Of a stretch of DNA of 64,000 nt, positions 63,839 through 64,000 are shown one piece after another. The notes beneath the pieces are model-generated. The model did no database searches. It was not told the DNA's origin and was given only the letters and a program-made list of their open reading frames with translations. Position 1 is the stretch's first letter; every line of letters starts with the position of its first letter. Position numbers and translations under genes: made by a program. Source of the stretch: Octopus sinensis (taxonomy: Eukaryota); NCBI RefSeq assembly GCF_006345805.1, contig NC_042998.1, positions 95,542,001 through 95,606,000 of the forward strand. Direction: 5' to 3'.

Positions 63839-64000
63839 TATCTATATATATAAAACTGTAGTTGTGTGAGTGTCTGTCTCCTACGATTTAGATTCCTAAC
63901 TCCTCCCACATTTTGCGGTGTGCAGTTTAACCAAATTCGGGTATCTTATAGTCGTGATTCATATCGAGCCCGTCTGAGTATAGTGCGCGTCTACGATGAG
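63839..64000 (+). mobile_element. Possible Helitron-like 5' end running off the window
   Basis: a|TCTATATATATAAAACTGTAGTTGTGTGAGTGTCTGTC resembles non-autonomous Helitron starts. Confidence 0.35.

Overview
This is repeat-saturated eukaryotic non-coding DNA. I infer a coleoid cephalopod, probably Octopus, from the SINE families and the extreme (TA)n/(CA)n/(TACA)n/(TAA)n microsatellite load, but could not confirm this. I found no intact host gene, tRNA/rRNA gene or CRISPR array, and most ORFs in the track are microsatellite or decayed-TE translations. The window holds three tRNA-derived SINE families (dozens of copies), two mariners, a maT-like Tc1/mariner relic, hAT/Tigger/Helitron traces, and LINE relics of the RTE, CR1, Tx1/L1 and R4/Dong types. 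It also holds four Penelope-like GIY-YIG relics. The most notable structures are: (i) minimal type I hammerhead-ribozyme-like motifs, two of them inside fold-back structures (21172-21639, 63064-63175) and one more at 51663-51713; (ii) a ~1.1 kb inverted duplication (42275-43368 / 46538-47642); (iii) a nest of R4/Dong pieces bounded by (TAA)n; (iv) a MITE with perfect 82-bp TIRs and a 5-bp TSD whose removal restores a LINE ORF1 frame; (v) a templated, snap-back repair scar inside a mariner; (vi) unidentified degraded coding-like sequence at 28.3-29.65 kb. All analysis was by eye. Boundaries of decayed elements are approximate and family names come from motif recognition, not database searches.
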